Shown here in pieces: positions 8,775-16,819 of a DNA stretch of 49,804 nt. This stretch comes from Dehalococcoidia bacterium. GTDB lineage: Bacteria > Chloroflexota > Dehalococcoidia > GIF9 > AB-539-J10. Positions within the stretch are counted from its first letter, which is position 1; every line of letters starts with the position of its first letter. The stretch lies in NCBI GenBank assembly GCA_014859205.1, contig JACUUR010000003.1, positions 1 to 49,804 of the forward strand. The letters run 5' to 3'. The position numbers and the translations under genes were made by a program. Below the pieces are notes generated by a model. It was not told where the DNA came from and did no database searches. It worked only from the letters and a program-made list of their open reading frames with translations.

Positions 8775-9440
8775 ATGAAGAGAATATTTAGCGTAGCGGT
8801 GATCATTGGGGCAGCGGCCATACTGCTACTCGCCTCAGCGTGCACGGGCTCCCCGTTTCCGACTATCAGTAGCCTGACATCAGACGCAACCTGGACGGCT
8901 CCCGGCGATAGTCTGCGGGTTAGTTGTGTAGCCTCGGTGTCCGGCGGCGGCGAACTGAGTTACTCGTGGTCGGCCAGCCGCGGTACGGTAACCGGCTCCG
9001 GCCCCGTGGTTGATTGGACCGCTCCCCAGCAGGTTGGCATGTACGACATCACCGTTGTGGTTACCAGTGCTCAAGGCAGAACAGAGACGCAGTCGCTGAG
9101 CCTGATAGTATCCAATGGCCCTCCGCCGAGTATTCAGGGCCTGGTCGTAACCGCCAGAGACCACACGTACCTGCGGACAACTGCTGCCGGGTACCAAGCC
9201 GCGAGGACATACGAGTACGATATTGAGTGCATGGCTTCGGCCACACAGGGCGAGATTACCTACGAGTGGTCCCATGATGGAGGCGAGATCGACGGAGACG
9301 GCTCAGCCGTTATCTGGACAGCTCCGGATAGGGACGGCCGGGTCACAGTCACCGTCAAGGTCTTCGATGGTGAAGGTAACTGGGCAAGTAAGAGCCTGGT
9401 CTTTCAGGTGGTAGACTGCGAGGCATGTGTGGTCTGGTGA
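8775..9440 (+). CDS. lipoprotein with two Ig/PKD-like repeats and C-terminal CxxC tail (paralog 1; possible Sec read-through to 9512)
   Basis: AGGAG RBS; lipobox LASAC; repeats with Y-W...G...V-WTAP...Y-ITV-V; ends VVDCEACVVW-UGA. Confidence 0.85.
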   Translation: MKRIFSVAVIIGAAAILLLASACTGSPFPTISSLTSDATWTAPGDSLRVSCVASVSGGGELSYSWSASRGTVTGSGPVVDWTAPQQVGMYDITVVVTSAQGRTETQSLSLIVSNGPPPSIQGLVVTARDHTYLRTTAAGYQAARTYEYDIECMASATQGEITYEWSHDGGEIDGDGSAVIWTAPDRDGRVTVTVKVFDGEGNWASKSLVFQVVDCEACVVW

Positions 9441-9451
9441 TATGGAGAGAA

Positions 9452-9469
9452 GAGTGACGGTGTACGCTC
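9452..9469 (+). promoter_or_regulatory. putative bacterial SECIS hairpin (paralog 1)
   Basis: GAGTGAC-GGT-GTACGCTC stem-loop with one bulge and one G-U, starting 11 nt after UGA 9438-9440; GGT at +19 to +21. Confidence 0.45.
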
Positions 9470-9520
9470 GGGATGCATGATCAAGACGGTAATGAGGGTG
9501 GATCTGCAGTAGGTGGAAGC

Positions 9521-10474
9521 ATGAAGACAAAGACTCATCTGATCATCGCGGCGATGGTAGCTCTGGCGGTGACTATGCTCATATTGTCCTGCACTGAGGA
9601 GGCTGACCAGCCGCTCGACCCCGATCCACCCGTGATCCAAAGTCTGGAGGCCGAATCGACCAGTGTTTTCCACTCCGAGAGCATACAGATTACGTGCACT
9701 GTTTCAGCCCCCGACGGCGCTGAACTAACCTATGAATGGTGGGCCAGTGGAGGTGAGGTAGACGGACAGGGAGCCACGGTCGTCTGGACGGCTCCGGACT
9801 CGGAAGGCTCCTATGATGTCGGTGTGATAGTGACCGATGGGCATGGTGGTGGCGCCATGCAGCACGTGACCATAGAGGTGATGGCCAACAGGCCGCCTGT
9901 AATCAGCAGCATGACGGCCAGTGCGGACTGGGCTTTTCCCGGTGGGGGCGTGACGATTACCTGCCACGCTGAGGACCCGGACGGTCATGCCATAACCTAC
10001 GAGTGGTCGGCGAGCGCAGGGCATATCGAAGGGACGGGGCGAGAGGTGACGTGGACCGCGCCCGACCCATTGGGCGAATACAGCGTAACCGTTGTGGTGA
10101 GCGACGAGTACGGAGGCCTGGACACGAGGACACTCCAGATCAGCGTAATGCCGGAGCAGCCACCGATCATTGAAGCTCTACTTGTCACAGCCAACCACCG
10201 CTGGCTGAGAACACGCTCCTTTGGATATCAGGTTGGGTACGCTCAAGAGTACAGCATCGAGTGTGTTGCCTCCCATCCCGAGGGCTCTGAGCTACACTAC
10301 GAATGGACATGCAACGGTGGCGAGATAGTGGAGACCTCAGAGGACGGTGCCACGGTCACCTGGGTGGCTCCCAACACATCGGTGTACGTTACGGTCACGG
10401 TTACGGTGTCCGATATCGGCGGCAATACTGCCACTAGAAGCGTAGATTTGGAGGTGATCCCCTGCTGGACCTGA
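9521..10474 (+). CDS. lipoprotein with three Ig/PKD-like repeats; probable selenoprotein ending C-W-T-U (end 10477 if UGA is Sec)
   Basis: Hydrophobic leader ending ILSC; three PP(V/I)I...WTAP/WVAP repeats; ends VIPCWT-TGA-TAG followed by a SECIS-like hairpin. Confidence 0.88.
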   Translation: MKTKTHLIIAAMVALAVTMLILSCTEEADQPLDPDPPVIQSLEAESTSVFHSESIQITCTVSAPDGAELTYEWWASGGEVDGQGATVVWTAPDSEGSYDVGVIVTDGHGGGAMQHVTIEVMANRPPVISSMTASADWAFPGGGVTITCHAEDPDGHAITYEWSASAGHIEGTGREVTWTAPDPLGEYSVTVVVSDEYGGLDTRTLQISVMPEQPPIIEALLVTANHRWLRTRSFGYQVGYAQEYSIECVASHPEGSELHYEWTCNGGEIVETSEDGATVTWVAPNTSVYVTVTVTVSDIGGNTATRSVDLEVIPCWT

Positions 10475-10485
10475 TAGAGGATAAG

Positions 10486-10504
10486 CAGCCCTGGTTCAGG
10501 GCTG
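10486..10504 (+). promoter_or_regulatory. putative bacterial SECIS hairpin (paralog 2)
   Basis: CAGCCCT-GGTTC-AGGGCTG, 11 nt after in-frame UGA 10472-10474; no U-tract. Confidence 0.7.
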
Positions 10505-10548
10505 AGTCTTCGCGGGAGCCGGCGTGGCTATTGATCTGAGGTGAGATC

Positions 10549-11499
10549 ATGCACAGGAAGAAGCTGATAGTCGTCGCGGTGATCATGGCGATAGCCGTGC
10601 CTCTCTCGATTGTGGCAGTGCTGGCGGCTGCCAGCCCTCCTCCGGTCATTGAGAGCCTGGAGGCTGACCCCGAGAGGGTTTTTCCTTCGGGGAGCACGCA
10701 GATTGTGTGTACGGTGTCAGGCCCTGATGGTGCTTCACTAAGCTATGAATGGTGGGCAAGCGAGGGCGAAATAGACGGAGACGGTGCGATGGTTACCTGG
10801 ACGGCGCCCGGTGTTGAGAAGATCTGCCACATCAGTGTCACAGTCAGCGATGGACGCGGCCGCCAGGATACCGACACCCTAGTCATCGTCGCGAAACACA
10901 ATCAGCCGCCGGTAGTTCACAGCCTGACTGCCGAGCCGAACTGGACTACTCCCTCGGGCAGCCTCCGGTTGATATGCGATGCTGAAGACCCTGATGGTCA
11001 TACCCTCAGTTACCAGTGGTCGGCAGAGGCCGGGCATTTCGAGGGCACGGGAGCTGAGGTTACCTGGCTGGCTCCCGAACAGACAGGCATATATGAGATC
11101 ACAGTTGTCGTGAGCGATGATTACGGCGGCTCGGCGGCGGACGCGCTATATGTCAGCGTAATGCGGGGTCAGCCACCAGTCGTCGAAGCTCTGCTTGTCA
11201 CAGCGACACATAAGTACCTAAGGCCATCGGCCTCCTCCGAGAGGTATGAGGTGGGCGAAGGGAAGACGTTTGCCATCGAATGCATCGCTTCACATCCAGA
11301 TGGTGTCCAGCTAGCGTATGAGTGGGAGTACGATGCCGGTGAGATAACAGGTGCCTCGGAGGATGAGTCTTCGATCACGTGGACCGCCCCGAGTCGGGGC
11401 GTGACAGCCACAGTCACAGTGACAACATCCGATCCCTCAGGCAACATGGCTCGCAGGAGCGTGAGCCTGGAGGTGGTGTCCTGTTCGAGATTCGGCTGA
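10549..11499 (+). CDS. exported protein with three Ig/PKD-like repeats; probable selenoprotein ending C-S-R-F-G-U (end 11502 if UGA is Sec)
   Basis: GAGGTG RBS, N-terminal signal peptide, collinear paralog of the 9521 gene; ends VVSCSRFG-TGA-TAG followed by the same hairpin. Confidence 0.88.
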   Translation: MHRKKLIVVAVIMAIAVPLSIVAVLAAASPPPVIESLEADPERVFPSGSTQIVCTVSGPDGASLSYEWWASEGEIDGDGAMVTWTAPGVEKICHISVTVSDGRGRQDTDTLVIVAKHNQPPVVHSLTAEPNWTTPSGSLRLICDAEDPDGHTLSYQWSAEAGHFEGTGAEVTWLAPEQTGIYEITVVVSDDYGGSAADALYVSVMRGQPPVVEALLVTATHKYLRPSASSERYEVGEGKTFAIECIASHPDGVQLAYEWEYDAGEITGASEDESSITWTAPSRGVTATVTVTTSDPSGNMARRSVSLEVVSCSRFG

Positions 11500-11510
11500 T
11501 AGAAGACAGA

Positions 11511-11528
11511 CAGCCCTGGTTCAGGGCT
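11511..11528 (+). promoter_or_regulatory. putative bacterial SECIS hairpin (paralog 3)
   Basis: CAGCCCTGGTTCAGGGCT, identical over 18 nt to 10486-10503 and again 11 nt after UGA (11497-11499). Confidence 0.7.
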
Positions 11529-11620
11529 CAATCCTCCGGAAAGCGACCTTCCTTATGCAGGATGCTCCGTCTCGACACAGGAGTTTGCACAGAGAGCACA
11601 TTCTAGGTTAGTATCTATCG

Positions 11621-12103
11621 ATGAGCAACTGGTTCGTCGGATCGCTCAGAGAGGCCTTCCGGGACCGACACAGGAAGTATGTGACCGTATCGCTGCTGGT
11701 GGCGGGGATAACGTTGATAGTGATCGGGCAGCAGGCGGCAGGGCGGGGTCCCGCGATGCCGCAGGAGCCCCCAGACATCGAAGCCGTGCTGGTTACCAAG
11801 GACCGTCACGGACACTGTTATCTCAGAACGGACGAGTCGGGCTATAAGGTCGGCAGGGGCCAGAAATACGACATCGAGTGTGTCGTCTCAGACACAGGCT
11901 TCGAGTTGTTCTATGAATGGTTATGCGAGGACGGCGAGATTGCTGCTCAGGATGGATCCATGATAACCTGGGTCGCCCCTAATACATCCACGCACGTTAC
12001 GGTGACGGTCACAGTCTCTGATGCAGCCGGCCATGCAGTCAGCGAAGACATAGCGATCAACGTAGTCTCTTGCTCGGTCTGTACGTTTGGCAGATGCCCA
12101 TAG
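11621..12103 (+). CDS. membrane-anchored single Ig/PKD-like domain protein with Cys-rich tail (paralog 4, all-Cys form)
   Basis: N-terminal TM; domain homologous to the last repeat of paralogs 1-3 (IEAVLVT...CYLR...YDIEC...TWVAPNTS); ends VVSCSVCTFGRCP-TAG. Confidence 0.85.
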   Translation: MSNWFVGSLREAFRDRHRKYVTVSLLVAGITLIVIGQQAAGRGPAMPQEPPDIEAVLVTKDRHGHCYLRTDESGYKVGRGQKYDIECVVSDTGFELFYEWLCEDGEIAAQDGSMITWVAPNTSTHVTVTVTVSDAAGHAVSEDIAINVVSCSVCTFGRCP

Positions 12104-12216
12104 ATAGATGGAAGACATAGCTGAGAGAATACCGCTCCTCGTGGGCACTTGCGTTGCGGGTGCATCACCAGGAGAGAACCCCAGAAAGGGGGAGCTTTCT
12201 CAGGCGAGACTTGTCA

Positions 12217-13410
12217 ATGCATAAGAGGTTGATCGGCTTTCTCGGGAACACATTTCGGGACCGTTTCAAGAGATATCTCATCACATCTCTTATAATCGTG
12301 GGGGTCGTTTTAGCGGTCACAGGCAATGGTTCGCCCGCGCCCATTGACGGTGAGGGTTTCGAGGTCCATTTCTTCTATGTCACCGGCTGCCCTGGCTGTG
12401 ACGCGCAGAAACCGTTTAACACTCAGTTGGCTGCTCGGTACCCTATGATCGCTATTATCGAGCATAATGCCATTGACGAGGCCCCCCTGTTGCGACAGAT
12501 GCTTGACGATCGTGGGATCGATGAATCGCCACCGGTCCCGGTAACAATCTTCGACAACCAGGTCTTCATGGGCTGGGTTTCGGAGGAAACAACCGGTGCG
12601 GAGATTGAGGATGCCCTACGGCAATGCCTGGACGGGGAGTGTCCACCGCCGACGGGCAGGGATCCCGAGGAAGGAATCGACATTCCGATCTTCGGGCGAA
12701 TCATATTCGCCGATTACTCGCTGGCGGCACTCGCCGTGATCCTGGGTATTGTAGACGGTTTCAATCCCTGTGCCCTCTGGGTACTTCTCTATCTTATATC
12801 ACTGGTAGCAACGCTGAGAGATAAGAAGAGAATCTGGCTGATCGTCGGCTCGTTTGTGCTGGCTTCCGGCGTCATATACTTCCTGTTGATGACGGCGTGG
12901 CTCAACGTCTTCCTGCTTATCGGCTTTGTCCGCCCGGTGATGGTCGTCATCGGCCTGGTGGCCCTGGGTGGAGGAATACTGCAGATTAAGGAGTCAATCC
13001 AGTCAAAGGGAGAAATCGTCTGTGAGGTCACCAGCCAGGAGTCGCAGCAGAAGACAATGGCCAAAATGCAGCGAATAGTATCCAGGCCGGTCACCATCGC
13101 CACCATACTGGGGATTATCGCTCTGGCCTTCACGGTGAACTCCATCGAGTTCGTCTGTTCAGCGGCGATTCCGGCCGTCTTCACCCAGGTGCTGGCCTTG
13201 AGCAATCTCACCACTGTCCAATACTACGGCTACATCCTGCTATACGTGTTCTTCTTCATCCTTGACAATCTGATCATCTTCGGCGGGGCTGCATTCGCCA
13301 TGACATCCAGCATGGGAGTCAAGTATGCGAAGTATGCCCGGCCGATCGGGGCCGTCATACTGATATTGCTGGGCGTCCTGCTCCTCTTCTTCCCGGGCTG
13401 GCTGCGTTAG
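12217..13410 (+). CDS. thioredoxin/glutaredoxin-like CxxC domain fused to a CcdA/DsbD-like multi-TM domain
   Basis: N-terminal TM, FFYVTGCPGC, PVPVT cis-Pro region, then about six TMs with DGFNPCALWVL and VNSIEFVCSAAIP cysteines. Confidence 0.82.
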   Translation: MHKRLIGFLGNTFRDRFKRYLITSLIIVGVVLAVTGNGSPAPIDGEGFEVHFFYVTGCPGCDAQKPFNTQLAARYPMIAIIEHNAIDEAPLLRQMLDDRGIDESPPVPVTIFDNQVFMGWVSEETTGAEIEDALRQCLDGECPPPTGRDPEEGIDIPIFGRIIFADYSLAALAVILGIVDGFNPCALWVLLYLISLVATLRDKKRIWLIVGSFVLASGVIYFLLMTAWLNVFLLIGFVRPVMVVIGLVALGGGILQIKESIQSKGEIVCEVTSQESQQKTMAKMQRIVSRPVTIATILGIIALAFTVNSIEFVCSAAIPAVFTQVLALSNLTTVQYYGYILLYVFFFILDNLIIFGGAAFAMTSSMGVKYAKYARPIGAVILILLGVLLLFFPGWLR

Positions 13411-14222
13411 AACGCACCGATCATCCTCAGGCCTGTATAGACCATGAAGGCGATCAGTATGTATCTGAGGCGTCTAGCGGGCAGAGCATGAGCAGCCCTC
13501 ACGCCGAGCTGCGCCATAGGTATGCTGGTAACTACCAGCGACAATCCTACGGGCAGTAGATTGACGTAGCCAAGCGAATAGGGGAGAAGGCCGGCAACCC
13601 CCCACCCGTTTACTACATAACCGACTACACCCCCGAGTCCCGCGAATATTATGGACGCTACCGATGTCCCCACCGCAATGTGCATGGGAAACCGCAACGC
13701 CAGCACCAGCACAGGTACCTTCAGTACCCCCCCACCAAGCCCGGTCAGTCCAGTCACCACTCCTATTGGAAAACCCAGGGCCGCTACGAGGCCAGGCTTC
13801 TCTACCGGCTCGCGGCCTTCGTTTACCAATCTGGGCAGCAGGCCCAGCCCCATCCAGAGCGCAATGGCCAGGACCAGCCCTCCGAAACCTGTCTTAAGCG
13901 TATCGGCGGGAAGGCGGGCTGCCAGATCAGCCCCTACCAGGGCTCCCACCAAACCACAGCCCCCCATAATCAGGGCCGTCTTCCAACGTATCGCGCCTCT
14001 CTTATGGTGTCCCCACGCCCCGCTTATGGCCGTGGGCAGGATCATCAGCAAGCTTGTGCCGAAGGCTATTCTAATGGCGACATCTGGCGACACTCCCATG
14101 TCCTGGATCACCCAGTAGCTGGCCGGAACCATGATAATGCCGCCGCCAATACCCAGCAGTCCGCTGGCGAAGCCAGCACCCGCCCCCACCCCCAGCAGTA
14201 TCAGAATGTGAGGGATCGTCAG
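13407..14222 (-). CDS. sulfite exporter TauE/SafE (TSUP) family transporter
   Basis: GFASGLLGIGGG, AFGTSL, TGLGGG, AVGTS internal repeat motifs; first TM extends upstream of GTG 14189 to a CTG at 14222 preceded by GGAGG. Confidence 0.9.
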   Translation of the reverse strand: MTIPHILILLGVGAGAGFASGLLGIGGGIIMVPASYWVIQDMGVSPDVAIRIAFGTSLLMILPTAISGAWGHHKRGAIRWKTALIMGGCGLVGALVGADLAARLPADTLKTGFGGLVLAIALWMGLGLLPRLVNEGREPVEKPGLVAALGFPIGVVTGLTGLGGGVLKVPVLVLALRFPMHIAVGTSVASIIFAGLGGVVGYVVNGWGVAGLLPYSLGYVNLLPVGLSLVVTSIPMAQLGVRAAHALPARRLRYILIAFMVYTGLRMIGAF

Positions 14223-14683
14223 TTGCGTCTCCTCCCTTTTCTGCTCTCAAGCCAGCCAACTCTGACCGGCGTTCTGTCATCGGATCCGGGCAGATATGGC
14301 TTGATGTCCAGCAGAGGAGTGCCGTCTATCGCGTCCAGGCCCTTCACCCTCAGGATATGCCTGTCCCTTGATAGCAGTTCCGCAACGGTCAACCCCAGCG
14401 GACAGGGTCTTCGAGGCGATCGAGTAGCAAAGACGCCGTGCAGACGATCCTCCCCCGGTGGTTTCACGAGCAGCTTGTAGTCCTGTAGCTTATGAAACCA
14501 GAATATGACCACGATGTGGGAGAACCCCTCGACGTCCTGCAGCCCCGCTTCGTACTCCTCAAACACCTCAATCTCACAGATAACACCGCTGTCGTCGTTC
14601 TGAATAGGCACCTGCCCGACCTCCCTGTAGGGAGAATGGATTATGCCTATGGGCCTTAACTCCAGCGTATCCGTATATGTCAT
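14219..14683 (-). CDS. tsaA: tRNA (N6-threonylcarbamoyladenosine(37)-N6)-methyltransferase TrmO/TsaA family
   Basis: LRPIGIIHSPY, GVFATRSPRRPCPLGL, GLDAIDGTPLLDIKPY. Confidence 0.92.
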   Translation of the reverse strand: MTYTDTLELRPIGIIHSPYREVGQVPIQNDDSGVICEIEVFEEYEAGLQDVEGFSHIVVIFWFHKLQDYKLLVKPPGEDRLHGVFATRSPRRPCPLGLTVAELLSRDRHILRVKGLDAIDGTPLLDIKPYLPGSDDRTPVRVGWLESRKGRRRN

Positions 14684-14770
14684 ATCCTAAGACTCCGGGC
14701 GGGTTGTCTGCCGCTCAGTCTGGCCCTTCTGGCCGGTTGCCTCGAATCTCAACCGTTGCCGCGGTCTTCC

Positions 14771-15370
14771 TCAGCTCCGCCCTCTCAACAAGCAGTATAT
14801 GGCCTCAACCTGCCTCTTTGTCTCTTCAAGTGAACCGTCATTATCTATGACGAAATCAGCGCGCCTGCTCTTATAATCGATGGGCAACTGGGCCTTGATC
14901 CTCCTGGAAGCATCCTCTAGACTCATAGCCTTCTTCTCCAGTCGCCGCAGCTGTGTCTGCTCACTTGCGGCAACAACGATCACACTGTCCACGGAGATCG
15001 GGCAGGACACTTCATAGAATAGCGGGATATCCTTGATCACCAGGGCGTCGCTATCACGTTCCCTGATCTCCGCCGTGATCCGCTCGTCCTGCTCAAATAC
15101 TTCGGGATGGACTATTTCATTCAGTCTTGCCAGCTTGTCATGATCGCAGAATACGATGTCGGCCAGCCTCTGCCGGTTGATGGTCAGGTCCTCATTCAGG
15201 ACATCCCGTCCGAAGAACTCTACTATCTTCTCCCAGGCTCTGGAGTGCGGGCGGGTTACCTCGCGGGCTAGTTCGTCGAAGTCAACTACATACGCTCCCA
15301 GTTCTCTGAAGAAGCCTGCAACCGTGCTCTTACCAGTGCCTACGCTGCCCGTCAAAACCACGATGATCAT
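14771..15370 (-). CDS. coaE: dephospho-CoA kinase
   Basis: LTGSVGTGKSTV P-loop, LNEIVHP, DIPLFYE, ADFVIDNDG; start at ATG 15370. Confidence 0.95.
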   Translation of the reverse strand: MIIVVLTGSVGTGKSTVAGFFRELGAYVVDFDELAREVTRPHSRAWEKIVEFFGRDVLNEDLTINRQRLADIVFCDHDKLARLNEIVHPEVFEQDERITAEIRERDSDALVIKDIPLFYEVSCPISVDSVIVVAASEQTQLRRLEKKAMSLEDASRRIKAQLPIDYKSRRADFVIDNDGSLEETKRQVEAIYCLLRGRS

Positions 15371-15466
15371 CGTTTTGCCTGTTCTGCCTCCGTAGTCAGC
15401 GGCTGATTCAACAATTGCTGTGATGTCGCTCCATTCAGGCGACCCCAAACGCCACATAGCCGCAAT

Positions 15467-15958
15467 TTAGCCCACAGTCTTGCGCAGCAAGGCCACAGCT
15501 TGAGCCGCCATTCCCTCACTTCTGCCGATGAACCCTAGCCCGTTGCTGGTTGTGGCCTTGATGGTAACCTGTGTGGACTCTATACATAGAGCCTTACTTA
15601 TACTCCTCCGCATGTCGGGAATGAATGATGAAAGCTTGGGGCTCTCAGCCATGATGGTGACATCTATGTTGACTATGGCCAGTCCACTGGTCTTCAACAG
15701 TTCACGGGTTTTGCCCAGCAAGACCAGACTTGATACGTCCCGGTATTCTTGATGGTCGGCAGGAAACAGCGTACCGATGTCGCCCAGATCGGCAGCCCCG
15801 CAAAGGGCATCTATGACGGCATGAACCGCCACATCAGCATCGCTCCACCCGGACAGCCCTGTGTGATGCGGGACATCAACCCCGCCCAGGATCAGCCTGC
15901 GGCCGGAGACCAGTGGATGGCTATCGTAGCCAATTCCGACCCTCACATCCGCGTCCAT
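15467..15958 (-). CDS. ispF: 2-C-methyl-D-erythritol 2,4-cyclodiphosphate synthase
   Basis: RVGIGYDSH, SDADVAVHAVIDAL, GDIGTLFP, IKATT motifs. Confidence 0.96.
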   Translation of the reverse strand: MDADVRVGIGYDSHPLVSGRRLILGGVDVPHHTGLSGWSDADVAVHAVIDALCGAADLGDIGTLFPADHQEYRDVSSLVLLGKTRELLKTSGLAIVNIDVTIMAESPKLSSFIPDMRRSISKALCIESTQVTIKATTSNGLGFIGRSEGMAAQAVALLRKTVG

Positions 15959-16063
15959 GTCATATCTCAGGAGTCAGGTGCTCCTCGATACTGGTAGCAT
16001 ACTACCATCTGCGATACGGCGTCCACTGTAGATGTCCAGACCCTGAAAGGCGAACCCGGAAGA

Positions 16064-16744
16064 TCACATATCCCTGGCAATTATACGTGCCAGGGCCAGA
16101 TCCTCAACCGTGGTTACCTTTATGTTCCTGTAATCGCCCGCATACACAAGCACCCCGTGCCCCAATAGCTCCACAGCGGCAGCATCATCGGTGACCTCGC
16201 GCGCCAGGCTCTGATAAGCCCTGGTGATGATGTCACAGCTGAATATCTGCGGGGTCTGCGCCGCCCACAGTGAGTCACGTGGCAGCGTTTGGCGCACCAG
16301 TCGTTCATCGCCTGCCAGCTTGATCGTATCTTTGACAGGAACCGCAGCTATGGCGGCCCCGGTTTCCTCGACCGCGCGCAGGCCCTCCTCAATCAAGATA
16401 GTAGTCAGGAAAGGCCGCGCTGCATCGTGGACCATAACCAGGTCGCAGTCATCTACTAGTTCCAGGCCCAGTTGCACGGAATCCTGCCTGCGCTCACCAC
16501 CTGAACATAAGGTAACCTTGGACCAGTGTCTCTCCTCCTTCAGCCTGCACCCCCGAGGCAGATCGTCATCATTCATCACCAGGACTACCTGTCGCACTAA
16601 GTCGCAACTCTGGCAGGTATCAACCGACCAGGCCAAAAGGGGTCTGCCCCTCAGAGAGGCAAAGAGTTTGTTCTTACTACCCATGCGACGGCTAACGCCG
16701 GCAGCAACTATGACTGCGGCCAGTCCCCGGAACCCTTTGTTCAA
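16064..16744 (-). CDS. ispD: 2-C-methyl-D-erythritol 4-phosphate cytidylyltransferase
   Basis: AAGVSRRMG, GGERRQDSV, VHDAARP, AQTPQ, NIKVTT motifs. Confidence 0.96.
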   Translation of the reverse strand: MNKGFRGLAAVIVAAGVSRRMGSKNKLFASLRGRPLLAWSVDTCQSCDLVRQVVLVMNDDDLPRGCRLKEERHWSKVTLCSGGERRQDSVQLGLELVDDCDLVMVHDAARPFLTTILIEEGLRAVEETGAAIAAVPVKDTIKLAGDERLVRQTLPRDSLWAAQTPQIFSCDIITRAYQSLAREVTDDAAAVELLGHGVLVYAGDYRNIKVTTVEDLALARIIARDM

Positions 16745-16819
16745 TTGTCCGCACTCCCCCGTCCGAAATCAGAGATCAGACATCAAGAATCAAAATGAGA
16801 AAGCCAAGATGTCAGGACC

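Noticed and set aside
10486-11528. The repeated 18-nt hairpin as an intrinsic terminator or CRISPR repeat
   Set aside because: No U-tract follows either copy, and there are only two copies about 1 kb apart separated by a full gene.
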